Assembly: GCA_030141605.1 (NCBI GenBank)
Contig: JAQGDQ010000471.1
Coordinates: 1 to 64,000, forward strand
Source of the DNA: Tubiluchus corallicola
Lineage: Eukaryota > Animalia > Priapulida
DNA length: 64,000 bases
Direction: 5' to 3'
Part shown: positions 62,557 through 64,000 of the stretch, in pieces
Position numbering within the stretch: position 1 is the stretch's first letter
Layout: every line of letters begins with the position of its first letter
Position numbers and translations under genes: made by a program
The notes under the pieces: generated by a model
Told to the model about the DNA's origin: nothing
Database searches by the model: none
Seen by the model: only the letters and a program-made list of their open reading frames with translations

Positions 62557-62990
62557 TATATTATATTATATTATATTATATTATATTATATTATATTATA
62601 TTATATTATATTATATTATATTATATTATATTATATTATATTATATTATATTATATTATATTATATTATATTATATTATATTATATTATATTATATTATA
62701 TTACATTACATTACATTACATTACATTACATTACATTACATTACATTACATTACATTACATTACATTATATTATATTATATTATACGATTCGATATGATA
62801 TTACAGTACACTACACTACATTACACTACACTGCACTGCACTACACTACACTACACTACACTGCACTGCACTGCACTGCACTGCACTGCACTGCACTGCA
62901 CTGCACTGCACTGCACTGCACTACACTACACTACACTACACTACACTACACTACACTACACTACACTACACTACACTACACTACATTATA
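62557..62990. repeat. Pentanucleotide array (ATATT)n-(ACATT)n-(ACACT)n-(GCACT)n-(ACACT)n
   Basis: Direct observation. Confidence 0.95.
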
Positions 62991-64000
62991 GTGCAGAAAT
63001 CAAATACTTTCAACCCTAACTGGAGTTTCATTGAAATCGTGATAAGAATTTTTTTAGTATGACGCGCTTTGAAGCCGTGAATCTAGTCTCTTCTGGTTTG
63101 AGAGCGAACCGGTGTGCTGTTATAATTAGCTGAATTAGTTCCCCTATTTATTTATTTCATTAAGTTTTGTTTACATCGTTCCATTGGAGAAAAAGTTAAC
63201 ATCCGATCAGGATCTATTCTGTACTTGCGGTATGATGCTGACGAGTCATAAATCCACTTTTTTATACAGTATTTTGTCCCGTTCAAGTCGTCCGGCATCC
63301 GAAGGAGGTCCGTTTTGTGCAATGAAATATCAAGGATTAATTAGTTTAATTGGTTAGTTTAGCGCATAATAAAGTTTGGCGACTCAACAGTATATAGTAC
63401 TGTGATAATTTTTTACACGTGTACCTTGCAACAGAACAAGGCAAAATCATTCTCTGAAGCCTTTCATATGTCAAACTGCAAAGGTATCATTAGGTCAATT
63501 TTTCTGAAATCGAGTTGTACTAATTTGGAACTCGTTGCCTGCATGATATTGATTACGTACCTCGCAAGTCAAGTTATTTAAAAACCGTTTAAATACATTT
63601 CTTGTGCAAAATAGACACATACAAGCAGTGTGTATGTGTGTCTTCTGTCTTTATCAAACACTGGTGATAGAGACACATTTCTTTGTGTCTCTATCAAACA
63701 CTGGTGATATATTGTACCACCAGGTATCTGTATCAAACACTAGTATACATAGTATTTGTATGCATTTTGCCAACATGTTTTATGTTTATTGTTTTTGTTA
63801 TTGGGTTTGAATAAACTGAATAAGTAAATTTATTTTAGTGGTGAATTTACGCGAGCTTGTCAAGAGTTTCGCGCCTTATGTTGGGCAGATTGTTGACCAA
63901 TGACCAATACAGGTATACGAACAGACAGTCTACACGTACTTGCTGCAGTATTAAGAGAAGTGTATATGACTTTCAATTTTTCGTTACAAAAATTTTGCCT

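Overview
AT-rich, intron-containing animal (invertebrate-like) genomic DNA, not prokaryotic. I reconstructed four spliced genes by hand using GT-AG junctions and frame continuity: CIR1 (+, 8 exons, 7344-21180), WIP/verprolin (-, 5 coding exons, 28370-24041), CASC3/MLN51/barentsz (+, 13 exons, 32694-47734) and NDUFB3 (-, 2 exons, 51545-49064). Introns and flanks hold LINE fragments, MITEs (Kolobok-, Harbinger-, hAT- and Tc1/mariner-like), SINE remnants, an integrase relic and tandem repeats. Main oddities: (1) a perfect histone 3' stem-loop plus a purine-rich downstream element ends a non-histone poly-Q/overlapping-ORF unit at 1168-1706; (2) a CIR1 3' splice site is tandemly amplified about 27-fold; (3) a foldback carries two hammerhead-ribozyme-like arms; (4) the CIR1-WIP-CASC3 order mirrors human CIR1-WIPF1 and CASC3-WIPF2 linkage. 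All calls are by eye and no searches were run.
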